Shown here piece after piece: positions 7,754 to 17,846 of a DNA stretch of 39,817 nucleotides. Position 1 is the stretch's first letter. Each line of letters opens with the position of its first letter. The notes beneath the pieces were generated by a model. The model was not told the origin of the DNA. It did not search any database and saw only the letters and a list, made by a program, of their open reading frames with translations. The DNA lies in the sequence record MT808983.1; one strand, 5' to 3'. The DNA comes from Escherichia phage TM1. The position numbers and the translations under genes are program-made.

Positions 7754-7777
7754 CCTAAGCTATCACTATAGGACAAC
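7754..7777 (+). promoter_or_regulatory. Phage-RNAP promoter (taagCTATCACTATAGGaca)
   Basis: Family consensus with one upstream substitution; predicted +1 G at 7771. Confidence 0.7.
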
Positions 7778-7803
7778 CATAACTTCGACCTAAGGAGGCC
7801 GAC

Positions 7804-8064
7804 ATGTTTAAGAACTTAATGTTCAACCGTTATACCAGTACCTTCCACCTGTCCCACAACCCGTTCGCTTGCATTAAGCGCAACGAGAAGCTGGGATACT
7901 TCGGGAAGGCCGTTAAGCTGTCACCTACAGTCTTCGCTCTGATTACTCCGGGCAAAGCTGAAGAGGCTCGCCAGAAGCGTGAGACCAACGTACCTGTGGT
8001 CTACACTAAGTGGCCCCGCGTTCGTCTGTTCGTTGAGCTCGTGAAGGAGGTGGTAAATGGTTAA
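7804..8064 (+). CDS. Class II hypothetical protein (86 aa)
   Basis: Strong SD (AAGGAGG) before ATG 7804; first gene after the TE-like terminator. Confidence 0.6.
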   Translation: MFKNLMFNRYTSTFHLSHNPFACIKRNEKLGYFGKAVKLSPTVFALITPGKAEEARQKRETNVPVVYTKWPRVRLFVELVKEVVNG

Positions 8065-8392
8065 GCACAAGGAGTGGTGCCGCTGGGTCCTTAGGTTCGG
8101 TTCGTGCGACTGCGGCGCTGTTACCATCATCCCCGCCCCGAGCAGTAAAGATGACGGGGTACGCAAGCCATCCCACTATCAGGTCTTTGATGGCGTGGAA
8201 TCCATTGAGATTATCGCCCGGTCCATGACTGTCAGTGAGTTCCGTGGTTTCTGCATGGGTAACGTCCTGAAGTATCGACTCCGAGCTGGTAAGAAGTCAG
8301 AGCTGGCGACTATGGAGAAGGACCTGAACAAAGCAGCCTTCTATCAGGAGCTGTTCGACCTGCATAAAGGTAAGTGCTATGCTGCCGAGTGA
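8057..8392 (+). CDS. Hypothetical protein (111 aa); tentatively related to the C-terminal region of T7 gp1.7 nucleotide kinase (DUF3310-like)
   Basis: SD GGAGG before the ATG; motif NVLKYRLRAGKK...DLNKAAFY recalled as typical of the DUF3310/gp1.7 family. The assignment is from memory and unverified. Confidence 0.55.
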   Translation: MVKHKEWCRWVLRFGSCDCGAVTIIPAPSSKDDGVRKPSHYQVFDGVESIEIIARSMTVSEFRGFCMGNVLKYRLRAGKKSELATMEKDLNKAAFYQELFDLHKGKCYAAE

Positions 8393-8470
8393 GTGGTGCC
8401 TGGAGATGTACGAGAAGACTCTCAACCCGGACTACATTACGTTATACAACCAATGGAAGGAGCGTGGTTT

Positions 8471-8629
8471 ATGACTGAGGTTGAGAAGAAATACATCGTG
8501 GAGCTTGAGGGTCGCGTTCAGTCCTTCGAGGTTCCGGTGTACGCAAAGTCTCTTGAAGAGGCTGCCCTGAAGTCCCAAGAGTATGAGGACGCTGGGTTTG
8601 TGGTCGGACGGATTCGTCCTGAGACCTAA
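8471..8629 (+). CDS. gp2: gp2-like inhibitor of host RNA polymerase (52 aa)
   Basis: [33 protein letters not shown] parallels T7 Gp2 ([34 protein letters not shown]); start placed at ATG 8471 with SD AGGAGCG rather than the upstream alternative start. Confidence 0.75.
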   Translation: MTEVEKKYIVELEGRVQSFEVPVYAKSLEEAALKSQEYEDAGFVVGRIRPET

Positions 8630-8648
8630 ACTATCACTGTAGGACAGA
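8625..8648 (+). promoter_or_regulatory. Phage-RNAP promoter variant (taaACTATCACTgTAGGaca)
   Basis: Family consensus with A to G at -3; precedes the SSB gene. Confidence 0.6.
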
Positions 8649-8686
8649 CGTCCAGTTCGTAACTTTAAAATAGGAGATTTACACCG

Positions 8687-9385
8687 ATGGCTAAAGAGCA
8701 ACTGAAGACTTTCACCACTCCGGTAGCTGGTATCGTTGAGCCTTACGCATGGCTGAACAAAGCAGACACCAAGTTTAACGAGCGTGGTGAGCATAAGGTT
8801 AACCTGACATTCGACCTGAGCAACCCGAAGGTCCGTAAGATGATTGATGTCTTACAGAAGATTCACGACGATGCGTATGCGAAAGCACTCGCAGACCACG
8901 AGAAGAACCCACCTCAGGTTCAGCGTGGCAAGAAGCCTATTGAACCACGAGAAGGCGACATGCCGTGGATTGAGAATGGTGACGGTACTGTTACCCTGAA
9001 GTTCAAATGCTTTGCGTCTTACCTTAAAGACGGCAAGTCCGAGCCTATCGTATTACGGTTCTACGGCACTGATGCTAAACTCATCCGTGACGTCCCGAAT
9101 ATTGGCGCTGGGTCTAAGCTGAAGGTCAAGTTTAAAGTCCTGCCGTTCAAGTGGAACGCTGCGACTGGTGCAAGCGTTAAGCTCCAGCTTGAGTCCTGCC
9201 TTCTGGTAGAGCTGAAGGAGTGGAAAGGTGATGGTGCTGGTGGTGATGGTGGCTGGGGTGATGATGAAGACCTCGGTACTGGCTACAAAGCGTCAACCGA
9301 TGGTGACTTCGGGTCTGATGACTTCGGTGACGATGGCTCCGATGGCGCTGACGACTCTAACTCTGGTGGCGATTACGACTTCTAA
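8687..9385 (+). CDS. gp2.5: Single-stranded DNA-binding protein (T7 gp2.5 homolog, 232 aa)
   Basis: MAKEQ...GDMPWIENGDGTVTLKFKC...GSKLKVKFKVLPFKWNAATGASVKLQLESCLLVEL, with an acidic C-terminal tail ending DYDF, as in T7 gp2.5. Confidence 0.92.
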   Translation: MAKEQLKTFTTPVAGIVEPYAWLNKADTKFNERGEHKVNLTFDLSNPKVRKMIDVLQKIHDDAYAKALADHEKNPPQVQRGKKPIEPREGDMPWIENGDGTVTLKFKCFASYLKDGKSEPIVLRFYGTDAKLIRDVPNIGAGSKLKVKFKVLPFKWNAATGASVKLQLESCLLVELKEWKGDGAGGDGGWGDDEDLGTGYKASTDGDFGSDDFGDDGSDGADDSNSGGDYDF

Positions 9386-9831
9386 TGAAACTTAAAGAGA
9401 AACTGGAGGTTTACTCTGAGGTTTCTCCTACTGGGTGCTGGGAGTGGCAACTCTCCCGGTTCCCTGCTGGATATGGTCGAATATCAATAGGACGTCAGAA
9501 ACAGGACTACGCTCACCGAGTTTCATACAGGGAGTACAAAGGTCCGATACCTGATGGATTGGTTGTTAGACATAAATGTGATAACCCCTGCTGCTGTAAC
9601 CCTGAGCACCTTGAATTAGGTACGCAGAAGGACAACATGAGGGACTGCATGGAGAGAGGACGAAAGTCCAACCCTCCCGTATTCAAAGGAGAAGCTAATC
9701 ATAAGACTAAGCTGACCAAGGAAAACGTAGAGTTCATCTTAGAGTCGATGCTGCCAGCTACAGAACTAGCCAAGATGTTTGGAGTCACACCAGCAGCTAT
9801 AAACTGGAGGAGACAACATGGCTGGACGTAG
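9385..9831 (+). CDS. HNH homing endonuclease (148 aa)
   Basis: H-N-H core HRVSYREY...VVRHKCDNPCCCNPEHLELGTQKDN; ATG overlaps the SSB stop (TAATG). Confidence 0.85.
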   Translation: MKLKEKLEVYSEVSPTGCWEWQLSRFPAGYGRISIGRQKQDYAHRVSYREYKGPIPDGLVVRHKCDNPCCCNPEHLELGTQKDNMRDCMERGRKSNPPVFKGEANHKTKLTKENVEFILESMLPATELAKMFGVTPAAINWRRQHGWT

Positions 9832-10270
9832 CATAAGCAGAGGACATCAAGTAGGGGCCTACCGCTCAGGACTTGAAGCAAAGAACCAAGAGTGGCTTGA
9901 GAAGAACGGCGTGAAGGCTGAATACGAGGCTTATAAAATAGGCTACGTAGTACCGTCCAGCGACCATTTCTACACGCCAGACTTTGTGTTGCCTAACGGT
10001 ATCATCGTGGAGACCAAAGGTATCTTCGATAGTGATGACCGTAAGAAGCACCTTCTGGTACGAGAACAGCACCCAGAGTTAGACATTCGGTTCGTGTTCT
10101 CAAGTTCCCGCTCCAAGTTATACAAAGGGTCTCCGACCACGTATGGCGCATGGTGCGAAAAGAACGGCTATAAGTATGCCGATAAGTTCATCCCGGTTGA
10201 GTGGCTTCGAGAGGCGACTGTACGTCTGCCTTCGGGCATACTCATCCCCAAGAAGAAAGGAGTTAAGTAA
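9818..10270 (+). CDS. gp3: Endonuclease I, Holliday-junction resolvase (T7 gp3 homolog)
   Basis: AYRSGLEAKNQEWLEKNG...YTPDFVLPNGIIVETKG...DDRKKHLLVREQHPELDIRFVFSSSRSKLYKGSPTTYG, collinear with T7 gp3. Confidence 0.92.
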   Translation: MAGRSISRGHQVGAYRSGLEAKNQEWLEKNGVKAEYEAYKIGYVVPSSDHFYTPDFVLPNGIIVETKGIFDSDDRKKHLLVREQHPELDIRFVFSSSRSKLYKGSPTTYGAWCEKNGYKYADKFIPVEWLREATVRLPSGILIPKKKGVK

Positions 10271-10725
10271 TGACTACCTGTAAAGACCTTGAAGTTGGAA
10301 CACGTTACAGATTCTCAAAGAACACCCTGCTGAATAACCCCGGATTCACTGATGCTGTTTTCGAAAAGCGAGAAGACCATAGCGTACTTGTGGAGAAGGG
10401 GTGGCATCCTGAGGATTACATCGGTGAGATTACAAGCTGGAATGGTCACGATACCTACAGTGTAGAAGTTGTTGACCAGCCTCAGGTCCTGCCAGCTTCG
10501 AGCGTACCACCTGTGACTGTGAAGCGTGAAGTCCTGACCATCGACAAGATTGGTGTAGGCCAGACGTTCATCGTCCACGGAAAGCCTGAAGAAGTTTACG
10601 TGAAGATTAGCAACTCACACGTCTTCAACCATAAGCGTCTCCAGATGCACACCACGGACGCACAACGCTTCACCCAGCACCTGAATCTGGTGGTCGTAGA
10701 ATTGGTGGTGTACAATGGTAAGTAA
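10270..10725 (+). CDS. Hypothetical protein (151 aa) between endonuclease I and lysozyme
   Basis: SD AAGGAG; start and stop overlap the neighbours; no counterpart at this position in T7. Confidence 0.6.
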   Translation: MTTCKDLEVGTRYRFSKNTLLNNPGFTDAVFEKREDHSVLVEKGWHPEDYIGEITSWNGHDTYSVEVVDQPQVLPASSVPPVTVKREVLTIDKIGVGQTFIVHGKPEEVYVKISNSHVFNHKRLQMHTTDAQRFTQHLNLVVVELVVYNGK

Positions 10726-11173
10726 GGTACAGTTCAACCCACGGTCCCGGACTGACGCTATCTTCGTTCACTGTTCGGCTACCAAGCCAGATATGGACAT
10801 CGGGGTAGAGACCATCCGTATGTGGCACAAGCAGCAAGGATGGCTGGACGTAGGCTACCACTTTATCATCAAGCGCGATGGTACTGTGGAAGAGGGTCGC
10901 CCGGTCAATGTCGTAGGGTCACATGTTAAGGACTGGAACTCAAAGTCCGTAGGCGTCTGCCTTGTAGGTGGAATCAACGCTAAGGGTCAGTTTGAAGCTA
11001 ACTTCACTCCAGCCCAGATGAACTCCCTTCGCAACAAGCTGGCTGACCTGAAGGCCTTGTATCCTCAGGCAGAAATCAAAGCACACCATGACGTAGCACC
11101 TAAGGCGTGTCCAAGTTTCGACTTGCAACGCTGGTTGACTACCAACGAACTGATCACTTCCGACAACGGTTAA
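10715..11173 (+). CDS. gp3.5: N-acetylmuramoyl-L-alanine amidase / T7 lysozyme homolog (gp3.5)
   Basis: VQFNPRSRTDAIFVHCSATKP...WLDVGYHFIIKRDGTVEEGR...AHHDVAPKACPSFDL, near-collinear with T7 lysozyme. Confidence 0.93.
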   Translation: MVSKVQFNPRSRTDAIFVHCSATKPDMDIGVETIRMWHKQQGWLDVGYHFIIKRDGTVEEGRPVNVVGSHVKDWNSKSVGVCLVGGINAKGQFEANFTPAQMNSLRNKLADLKALYPQAEIKAHHDVAPKACPSFDLQRWLTTNELITSDNG

Positions 11174-11197
11174 TAAATTCTAAAGGAGAACAACTCA

Positions 11198-11413
11198 ATG
11201 ATTAAACTTATCGAATTTCTTGGTCGTCTGGTGGTGCGTGGTTATCGTCGTGCTGCGGTACTGGAACGAAAGGTAGAAAAGAAGAATGCTGACGGTGCGA
11301 CTGATGCTGCTGCTCTGGCTGACAAGCTGACCATCGCGTCACTGGAAGCTGGCATGAAGGCACGTCAAGCTGACACCAAAGCTGACCAGTTGGCTCAGTT
11401 CTTCAAAGCCTAA
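11198..11413 (+). CDS. Small alanine-rich protein (71 aa), unknown function
   Basis: Strong SD AAAGGAGAA; its stop codon TAA lies inside the next promoter. Confidence 0.55.
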   Translation: MIKLIEFLGRLVVRGYRRAAVLERKVEKKNADGATDAAALADKLTIASLEAGMKARQADTKADQLAQFFKA

Positions 11414-11431
11414 ACTATCACCTTAGGGATG
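11408..11431 (+). promoter_or_regulatory. Phage-RNAP promoter variant (taaACTATCACcTtAGGGat)
   Basis: Two substitutions in the -4/-3 region; upstream of the tRNA-like element and the primase-helicase gene; probably weaker. Confidence 0.45.
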
Positions 11432-11476
11432 GGACCATGAGTCCTTTCCCTTTGTTCGCATTTGTGATTAAGAAAT

Positions 11477-11555
11477 GTCTCCATAGCTCAAACGGTAGAG
11501 CGGCGGGTCATGATGGCCTATTGCGATTAGGGTTCGAATCCCCGTGGAGACGCCA
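11477..11555 (+). tRNA. tRNA-like element (possible degenerate tRNA, candidate anticodon CAT; anticodon arm ambiguous)
   Basis: Perfect 7-bp acceptor stem (gtctcca/tggagac), T8, D-arm gctc-aaacggta-gagc with GG, T-loop GGTTCGAATCC, discriminator G and encoded CCA; but 26 nt between the D- and T-arms with imperfect anticodon stem pairing. Confidence 0.4.
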
Positions 11556-11566
11556 ATAAGGAGTGA

Positions 11567-13270
<1,704 letters not shown>

Positions 13271-13281
13271 GGAGGAGTACA

Positions 13282-13446
13282 TTGCTAAGAAAACTTAAAG
13301 CTCGCTACCATCGGTTCATGTACAAATGGTGGAGTGATGAAGCAACCTGCCTGTCCAACATTCTGGGAGACCAGAGGTTCTACTCTAAGGCATGGAAGAA
13401 AGCTAACCGGAAGTTTATGTATCACTTCTTGCGTACAGACTTCTAG
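13282..13446 (+). CDS. Small basic protein (about 54 aa), unknown function
   Basis: TTG start 7 nt after AGGAGG (alternative GTG at 13249, as in the ORF track); lies between the helicase and DNA polymerase genes. Confidence 0.35.
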   Translation: MLRKLKARYHRFMYKWWSDEATCLSNILGDQRFYSKAWKKANRKFMYHFLRTDF

Positions 13447-13450
13447 GTCT

Positions 13451-13498
13451 AGACTCAAGGTCATTCACATCGATTGGCCTTTATGATTAGACTAAACG
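13451..13498 (+). ncRNA. Conserved leader hairpin, candidate RNase III site (R4.7 position, upstream of DNA polymerase)
   Basis: agactcaaggtcattcacatcgattggcctttatgattagact; second copy of the conserved element. Confidence 0.5.
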
Positions 13499-13510
13499 CG
13501 GAGGATTAAC

Positions 13511-15679
13511 ATGGACTTAAGTAACGTATATGGGTCTGACATCGAGACCAACGGTCTCCTTGATACAGTCTCCCAGTTCCACTGCGGGGTCCTGATTAAC
13601 GCCGAGTCGAATGAGACCCTTAAGTATGGGGTAGCTCCGATGGTCGGTATCGTCGGTGGCTTCAAAGAGTATGTGCATAAAGTGGAAGAGATTGCCGCAT
13701 CGCCTGATGGTATGCTTGTCTTCCATAATGGTATCAACTACGACGTCCCGGCTATAGACAAGCTGAAGCGTCTGTACTTTGGGAAACGCTTTAACTTCCC
13801 GAAACACAAGATGATTGATACCTTGGTGCTGGGCCGCTTGATGTATCCAAACATTAAGTTCTCAGACATGGGCGCGGTGAAAGCTGGTCGTCTGCCACCT
13901 AATATGATGGGACGTCAGTCTCTTGAGGCTTGGGGCTATCGTCTCGGTGAGATGAAAGGTGAGTACAAACACGATTACATTGCCAAGTGCAAGGCTGAAG
14001 GTATCGAATATAAGGCTGGGGACGAATGGTTGTTCCCGTCTCAGGAGATGCTGGACTATAACGTTCAAGACGTTGTGGTCACGCTGGCGTTGTTCAAGAA
14101 GTTCCTGACTGACAAGTATTACTTCCAGTCTGAACAGTTCGCTTTCGACCAGATTTATGCGTTGCGTCTGGAACATGATGCTGCGTGGACCTGCGCGAAG
14201 ATGGAACGTAACGGCTATCCGATGAACACCGAGATGGTCGAAGGCTTATATCGTGAACTCACCGTCAAACGTGCAGAGCTGCTGGACAAGCTGCGTTCGA
14301 CTTTCGGTAGCTGGTATGCACCGAAGGGAGGCAAGGAGTTCTTCAAGCATCCACGTACAGGTAAGGACCTTCCGAAGTATCCGCGAGTCGTGTATCCTAA
14401 GGTCGGTGGCATCTTTAAGAAGCCGAAGAACAAAGCTCAACGCTTAGGTCTGGAGCCTTGCGAGTTCGACTCACGAGACACGATGGAGGGAGCACCGTTC
14501 ACACCTATCACTTACATTGAGTTCAATCCAGGGAGCGGAGACCACTTAGCGAAAGTCTTGATGGAGCGTGGCTGGGAGCCTGTGGACTTCACTGACACCG
14601 GGAAACCTGTAGTCGATGACGAGACGTTAGAGCACGTTAAGTTGCCAGACGCAGAGGCTCAGGCTTGCGTAGAGCTGGTTCGTGAGTATCTGGTAGTCCA
14701 GAAGCGCATCGGTCAGGCGGCTGAAGGTAAGAACGCATGGTTGAAACTTGTAGGTCCAGACGGACGTATGCACGGTTCAATCAACCCATGCGGGGCAGTA
14801 ACCGGACGTGCGACTCATAGTTCACCAAACATGGCTCAGGTCCCTGCTAACGGTGCTCCGTATGGTGAGACTTGCCGTGGTGCTTTCGGTGCAGCATGGA
14901 ACAAGAAGGACGGTAAGCCAGACCCTTGGATTCAAGTGGGTGTGGATGCCTCAGGTCTTGAGCTTCGTTGTCTGGGGAACCGAGCAGCTCCGTTTGATGG
15001 TGGTGCCTATGCGAAGACTGTGGTCGAAGGTGACATCCACTGGGCCAACGCAGTCAACGCTGGGTTAGCACCTAACGTCCCACGCGATAAGTCGAACCAC
15101 GACCATGATGCTTTCCGTAACAACGCTAAGACGTTCATCTATGCGTTCCTGTATGGTGCAGGGGCCGCTAAGATTGGACTGATAGTCGGAGGCGGTAAGA
15201 AGGAAGGTTCAGCTCTCATGAAGAAATTCATTGAGGGTACACCAGCCATCAAAGACCTCAGGGAAGCTGTGAGTAATACGTTAATATCAGACTCTAAGTG
15301 GGTGGACGGAGAGAACATCGTCAAGTGGAAACGCCGTTGGTTGCGTGGACTTGACGGTCGCCGTATCCACATCCGGTCGCCACACTCAGCACTTAACGCC
15401 TTACTTCAAGGCGATGGTGCGGTAGTCTGTAAAACGTGGTTCACTTGGCTTGAGAGGAACCTAGAAGCTAAAGGCTACGTTCACGGCTGGGATGGTGACT
15501 TTGCGATTATGGCTTTTGTCCATGACGAAGTTCAGGTTGCCGCAAGGACTATGGAAATAGCTGAGGACATAGTTAGGGTGGCGCAGTCTACAATGCGAGA
15601 GGTTGGAGAGTTCTACCAGTTCAAGTGTGTGCTTGACACCGAGGGGAAGATAGGACCTACGTGGCGCGAATGTCACTAA
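13511..15679 (+). CDS. gp5: DNA polymerase (T7 gp5 homolog, 722 aa)
   Basis: N-terminal exonuclease motif SDIETNGLL, FHCGV, LVFHNGINYDVPA, LEAWGYRLGEMKGEYK and C-terminal polymerase motifs, collinear with T7 gp5. Confidence 0.97.
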   Translation: MDLSNVYGSDIETNGLLDTVSQFHCGVLINAESNETLKYGVAPMVGIVGGFKEYVHKVEEIAASPDGMLVFHNGINYDVPAIDKLKRLYFGKRFNFPKHKMIDTLVLGRLMYPNIKFSDMGAVKAGRLPPNMMGRQSLEAWGYRLGEMKGEYKHDYIAKCKAEGIEYKAGDEWLFPSQEMLDYNVQDVVVTLALFKKFLTDKYYFQSEQFAFDQIYALRLEHDAAWTCAKMERNGYPMNTEMVEGLYRELTVKRAELLDKLRSTFGSWYAPKGGKEFFKHPRTGKDLPKYPRVVYPKVGGIFKKPKNKAQRLGLEPCEFDSRDTMEGAPFTPITYIEFNPGSGDHLAKVLMERGWEPVDFTDTGKPVVDDETLEHVKLPDAEAQACVELVREYLVVQKRIGQAAEGKNAWLKLVGPDGRMHGSINPCGAVTGRATHSSPNMAQVPANGAPYGETCRGAFGAAWNKKDGKPDPWIQVGVDASGLELRCLGNRAAPFDGGAYAKTVVEGDIHWANAVNAGLAPNVPRDKSNHDHDAFRNNAKTFIYAFLYGAGAAKIGLIVGGGKKEGSALMKKFIEGTPAIKDLREAVSNTLISDSKWVDGENIVKWKRRWLRGLDGRRIHIRSPHSALNALLQGDGAVVCKTWFTWLERNLEAKGYVHGWDGDFAIMAFVHDEVQVAARTMEIAEDIVRVAQSTMREVGEFYQFKCVLDTEGKIGPTWRECH

Positions 15680-15688
15680 GGAGGTAAG

Positions 15689-16003
15689 ATGGGAGGTGTA
15701 GCAACCTTACGCTTCCATAAGATGCCTACTGGATGTATCGTCTGTGTATCTCACAAGAGGAACCAAGATGGATACTTTCGGTACACGGTAGGATCTGCCC
15801 GTAAGCCAGGACGCAAGGCGTTTATGTTTCACCGATGGGTGTGGGAACAGAAGCGCGGGCCTATACCAGATGGCTATGAGATAGACCATTTGTGTTTGAA
15901 TCGTGGGTGCTGTAACGTAGAGCATCTGCAATGTATTCCAAAGCGTGAGCACGTCATCAAGACGAACCGTGAGCGCAAACTTGTCAAGAAGGAGTGTCAC
16001 TAA
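15689..16003 (+). CDS. HNH homing endonuclease (104 aa)
   Basis: FHRWVWEQ...IDHLCLNRGCCNVEHLQCIPKREH (H-N-H motif); SD AAGGAGG; occupies the T7 gene 5.3 position. Confidence 0.85.
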   Translation: MGGVATLRFHKMPTGCIVCVSHKRNQDGYFRYTVGSARKPGRKAFMFHRWVWEQKRGPIPDGYEIDHLCLNRGCCNVEHLQCIPKREHVIKTNRERKLVKKECH

Positions 16004-16320
16004 TGGCTATGACAAAACGTATGCGAGTTTCGTTCTCGCTGTGTACTGTATTATCAACTAAAGACATCGAGGGCCTCAATGGGGCTCTCTGCAAGCTGAG
16101 TCGTAAGGTTCTGAACGGAGAGAAGACCACTGGCTTCGAGCGTAAGATGGTAGAGGTAGGTGTTACAGAGGGTATGGAAGCTGTGGTAGAGCTTGTCTTA
16201 AAGAAAGGCATTGTTGACGGGCTGAAAGAAGATCTTACGTCCTACTCAAATAAGCCCAGCTTCGGAGATTTCAGAGTGGAGTTCAAGCTATCTCCTGCTA
16301 CTGTACGGGAGGTGTTCTAA
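16003..16320 (+). CDS. gp5.5-like protein (105 aa)
   Basis: Starts MAMTKR, as recalled for T7 gp5.5; position after DNA polymerase and HNH; ATG overlaps the upstream stop. Confidence 0.55.
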   Translation: MAMTKRMRVSFSLCTVLSTKDIEGLNGALCKLSRKVLNGEKTTGFERKMVEVGVTEGMEAVVELVLKKGIVDGLKEDLTSYSNKPSFGDFRVEFKLSPATVREVF

Positions 16321-16439
16321 TGGCTATCAAGCGTATCAAGAATAAGAAGGAGTGCGACCACTCTTTCGTAGTTAAAGGTGTCATTGGTTTTGCTGCCGAG
16401 AGTGTATTAAATGTGGATATTTTGAGGTTCAAGCAATGA
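16320..16439 (+). CDS. Small ORF (39 aa), unknown
   Basis: SD GGGAGGTG 7 nt upstream; ATG overlaps the previous stop (TAATG); very short. Confidence 0.3.
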   Translation: MAIKRIKNKKECDHSFVVKGVIGFAAESVLNVDILRFKQ

Positions 16440-16645
16440 GTGAATACTTACGGGTCCTAGCGGCCCTTAAGTCCTGCCCGAAGACATTTCAGTCCAACTA
16501 TGTGCGCAACAACGCTGCACTTGTGGCTGAGGCTGCGAGTCGTGGACATCTAAGCTGCCTGTCTATGGATGGGCGTAACAACGGTGCGTGGGAGATTACC
16601 GCTGCTGGCACCAAGTTCCTGAACCAACACGGAGGCTGTCTATGA
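16436..16645 (+). CDS. gp5.7: gp5.7-like protein (69 aa)
   Basis: MSEYLRVLAALKSCPKTFQSNYVRNNAALVAEAASRGHLSC...GAWEITAAGTKFL, near-identical in pattern to recalled T7 gp5.7. Confidence 0.85.
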   Translation: MSEYLRVLAALKSCPKTFQSNYVRNNAALVAEAASRGHLSCLSMDGRNNGAWEITAAGTKFLNQHGGCL

Positions 16646-16770
16646 GCCTGAAAGGTCTATTTGCATCTAGGTTAAAGTGTAAAAAGTGTGGACAACATCC
16701 TATGCTGGAGGGATATGCTGGCAGCTCATACTGGTGGTGTCTCAAATGCAACAAGGAGGTGAAAGAATGA
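16642..16770 (+). CDS. Small zinc-ribbon-like protein (42 aa, CxxC...CxxC)
   Basis: MSLKGLFASRLKCKKCGQHPMLEGYAGSSYWWCLKCNKEVKE; SD GGAGG; overlaps its neighbours by 4 nt at each end. Confidence 0.45.
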   Translation: MSLKGLFASRLKCKKCGQHPMLEGYAGSSYWWCLKCNKEVKE

Positions 16771-17636
16771 CTTCGAATAAGAAGATAGCTATGGTGCTGG
16801 ATGGTGACTATCTGGTCTTCTCTTCTATGGCTGCTGCTGAGGACGAGACAGATTGGGGCGATGATATTTATACCCTTATCTGCGATCATGCCAAGGCTCG
16901 TCGTATCCTTGAGAACACCATCGCTGAAATCGTTAAGAAGCGCAAGGCGTGGAAAGACGCTAAGATTGTGATGTGCTTTACTGACGATAACAACTGGCGT
17001 AAGGACGTTCTGCATACCTATAAGGCCAACCGTAAAGGTTCTCGCAAGCCTGTAGGTTACAAGAAGTTCGTAGCCGAAGTGATGGCTGACCCACGGTTCA
17101 ACAGCTTCCTACGTCCTACGCTTGAGGGCGATGACTGTATGGGTATCATCGGGACCCGACCTCAGATTGTTGGCTGTGACCATGCGGTTCTGGTGTCCTG
17201 TGACAAGGACTTCAAGACAATCCCGAACTGTGAGTTCTACTGGTTGACCACTGGTGAAATCCTGAGTCATACTACTGCCGAGGCAGACTACTGGCACATG
17301 GAGCAGACCATCAAGGGTGACCCTACAGATGGCTATGGTGGCATTCCGGGGATGGGTGAGGACACCACTCGTGCGTTCCTTGACGAGCCGTACTACTTCG
17401 TGCAGGAGAGCCGTGAGCTTAAGACTGGCAAGAACAAAGGCCAGATTAAGACTGAGTGGAAGAAGTATCCGAAGCGTGAAGACATGACGCTGTGGGACTG
17501 CATGGTTACACTGGCTGCGAAGGCTGGCATGACCGAGGAGGAACTTCTGGTCCAAGCTCAGGTCGCTCGTATATGTCGAGCCTCCGACTATGACCCTAGG
17601 TCCAAGGAGGTCATCCTGTGGACACCATCCATGTAA
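16767..17636 (+). CDS. gp6: 5'-3' exonuclease (T7 gp6 homolog)
   Basis: CDHAKARRILE, KANRK, PVGY, LEGDDCMGII, SCDKDFKTIPNC, HMEQTIKGDPTDGY, LWDCM...AKAGMTEEEL, collinear with T7 gp6; start taken at ATG 16767 (SD AGGAGG). Confidence 0.93.
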   Translation: MTSNKKIAMVLDGDYLVFSSMAAAEDETDWGDDIYTLICDHAKARRILENTIAEIVKKRKAWKDAKIVMCFTDDNNWRKDVLHTYKANRKGSRKPVGYKKFVAEVMADPRFNSFLRPTLEGDDCMGIIGTRPQIVGCDHAVLVSCDKDFKTIPNCEFYWLTTGEILSHTTAEADYWHMEQTIKGDPTDGYGGIPGMGEDTTRAFLDEPYYFVQESRELKTGKNKGQIKTEWKKYPKREDMTLWDCMVTLAAKAGMTEEELLVQAQVARICRASDYDPRSKEVILWTPSM

Positions 17637-17710
17637 TCTACTGGGCCGGACTTCTGGCCCTTTACTGCATGTACAAGTGGTTCGGGTCGAACAACCGTCC
17701 TAAACACTGA
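17618..17710 (+). CDS. gp6.3-like small membrane peptide (30 aa)
   Basis: GTG start 7 nt after AAGGAGG; VIYWAGLLALYCMYKW resembles the hydrophobic T7 gp6.3 as recalled. Confidence 0.35.
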   Translation: MDTIHVIYWAGLLALYCMYKWFGSNNRPKH

Positions 17711-17762
17711 GTCTAACCGATAGTCATATCCTATCAATCCAACAGTCATCCATAGGTGAAAC

Positions 17763-17786
17763 ACTAAACTATCACTATAGGGACTT
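17763..17786 (+). promoter_or_regulatory. Phage-RNAP promoter (taaACTATCACTATAGGGac), phi6.5 position
   Basis: Family consensus; predicted +1 G at 17780. Confidence 0.8.
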
Positions 17787-17846
17787 TAGGACCTAAGATA
17801 TGACTATAAGATAGACTTTAGTCTTAACTTAAAGAGGAGATTCAAG

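Noticed and set aside
8393-8470. Longer gp2 ORF starting at 8393 (GTG)
   Set aside because: The ATG at 8471 has a proper SD and gives a product the size of T7 Gp2; the N-terminal extension has no support.
11477-11555. Idea that the tRNA-like element is an opal suppressor rescuing the spanin TGA
   Set aside because: The only plausible anticodon readings by eye are CAT-type, not UCA; no evidence supports suppression. The two observations are kept as separate findings.
16686-16766. Upstream extension of the exonuclease ORF
   Set aside because: It would overlap two upstream genes; the ATG at 16767 has a strong SD and aligns with the T7 gp6 N-terminus.
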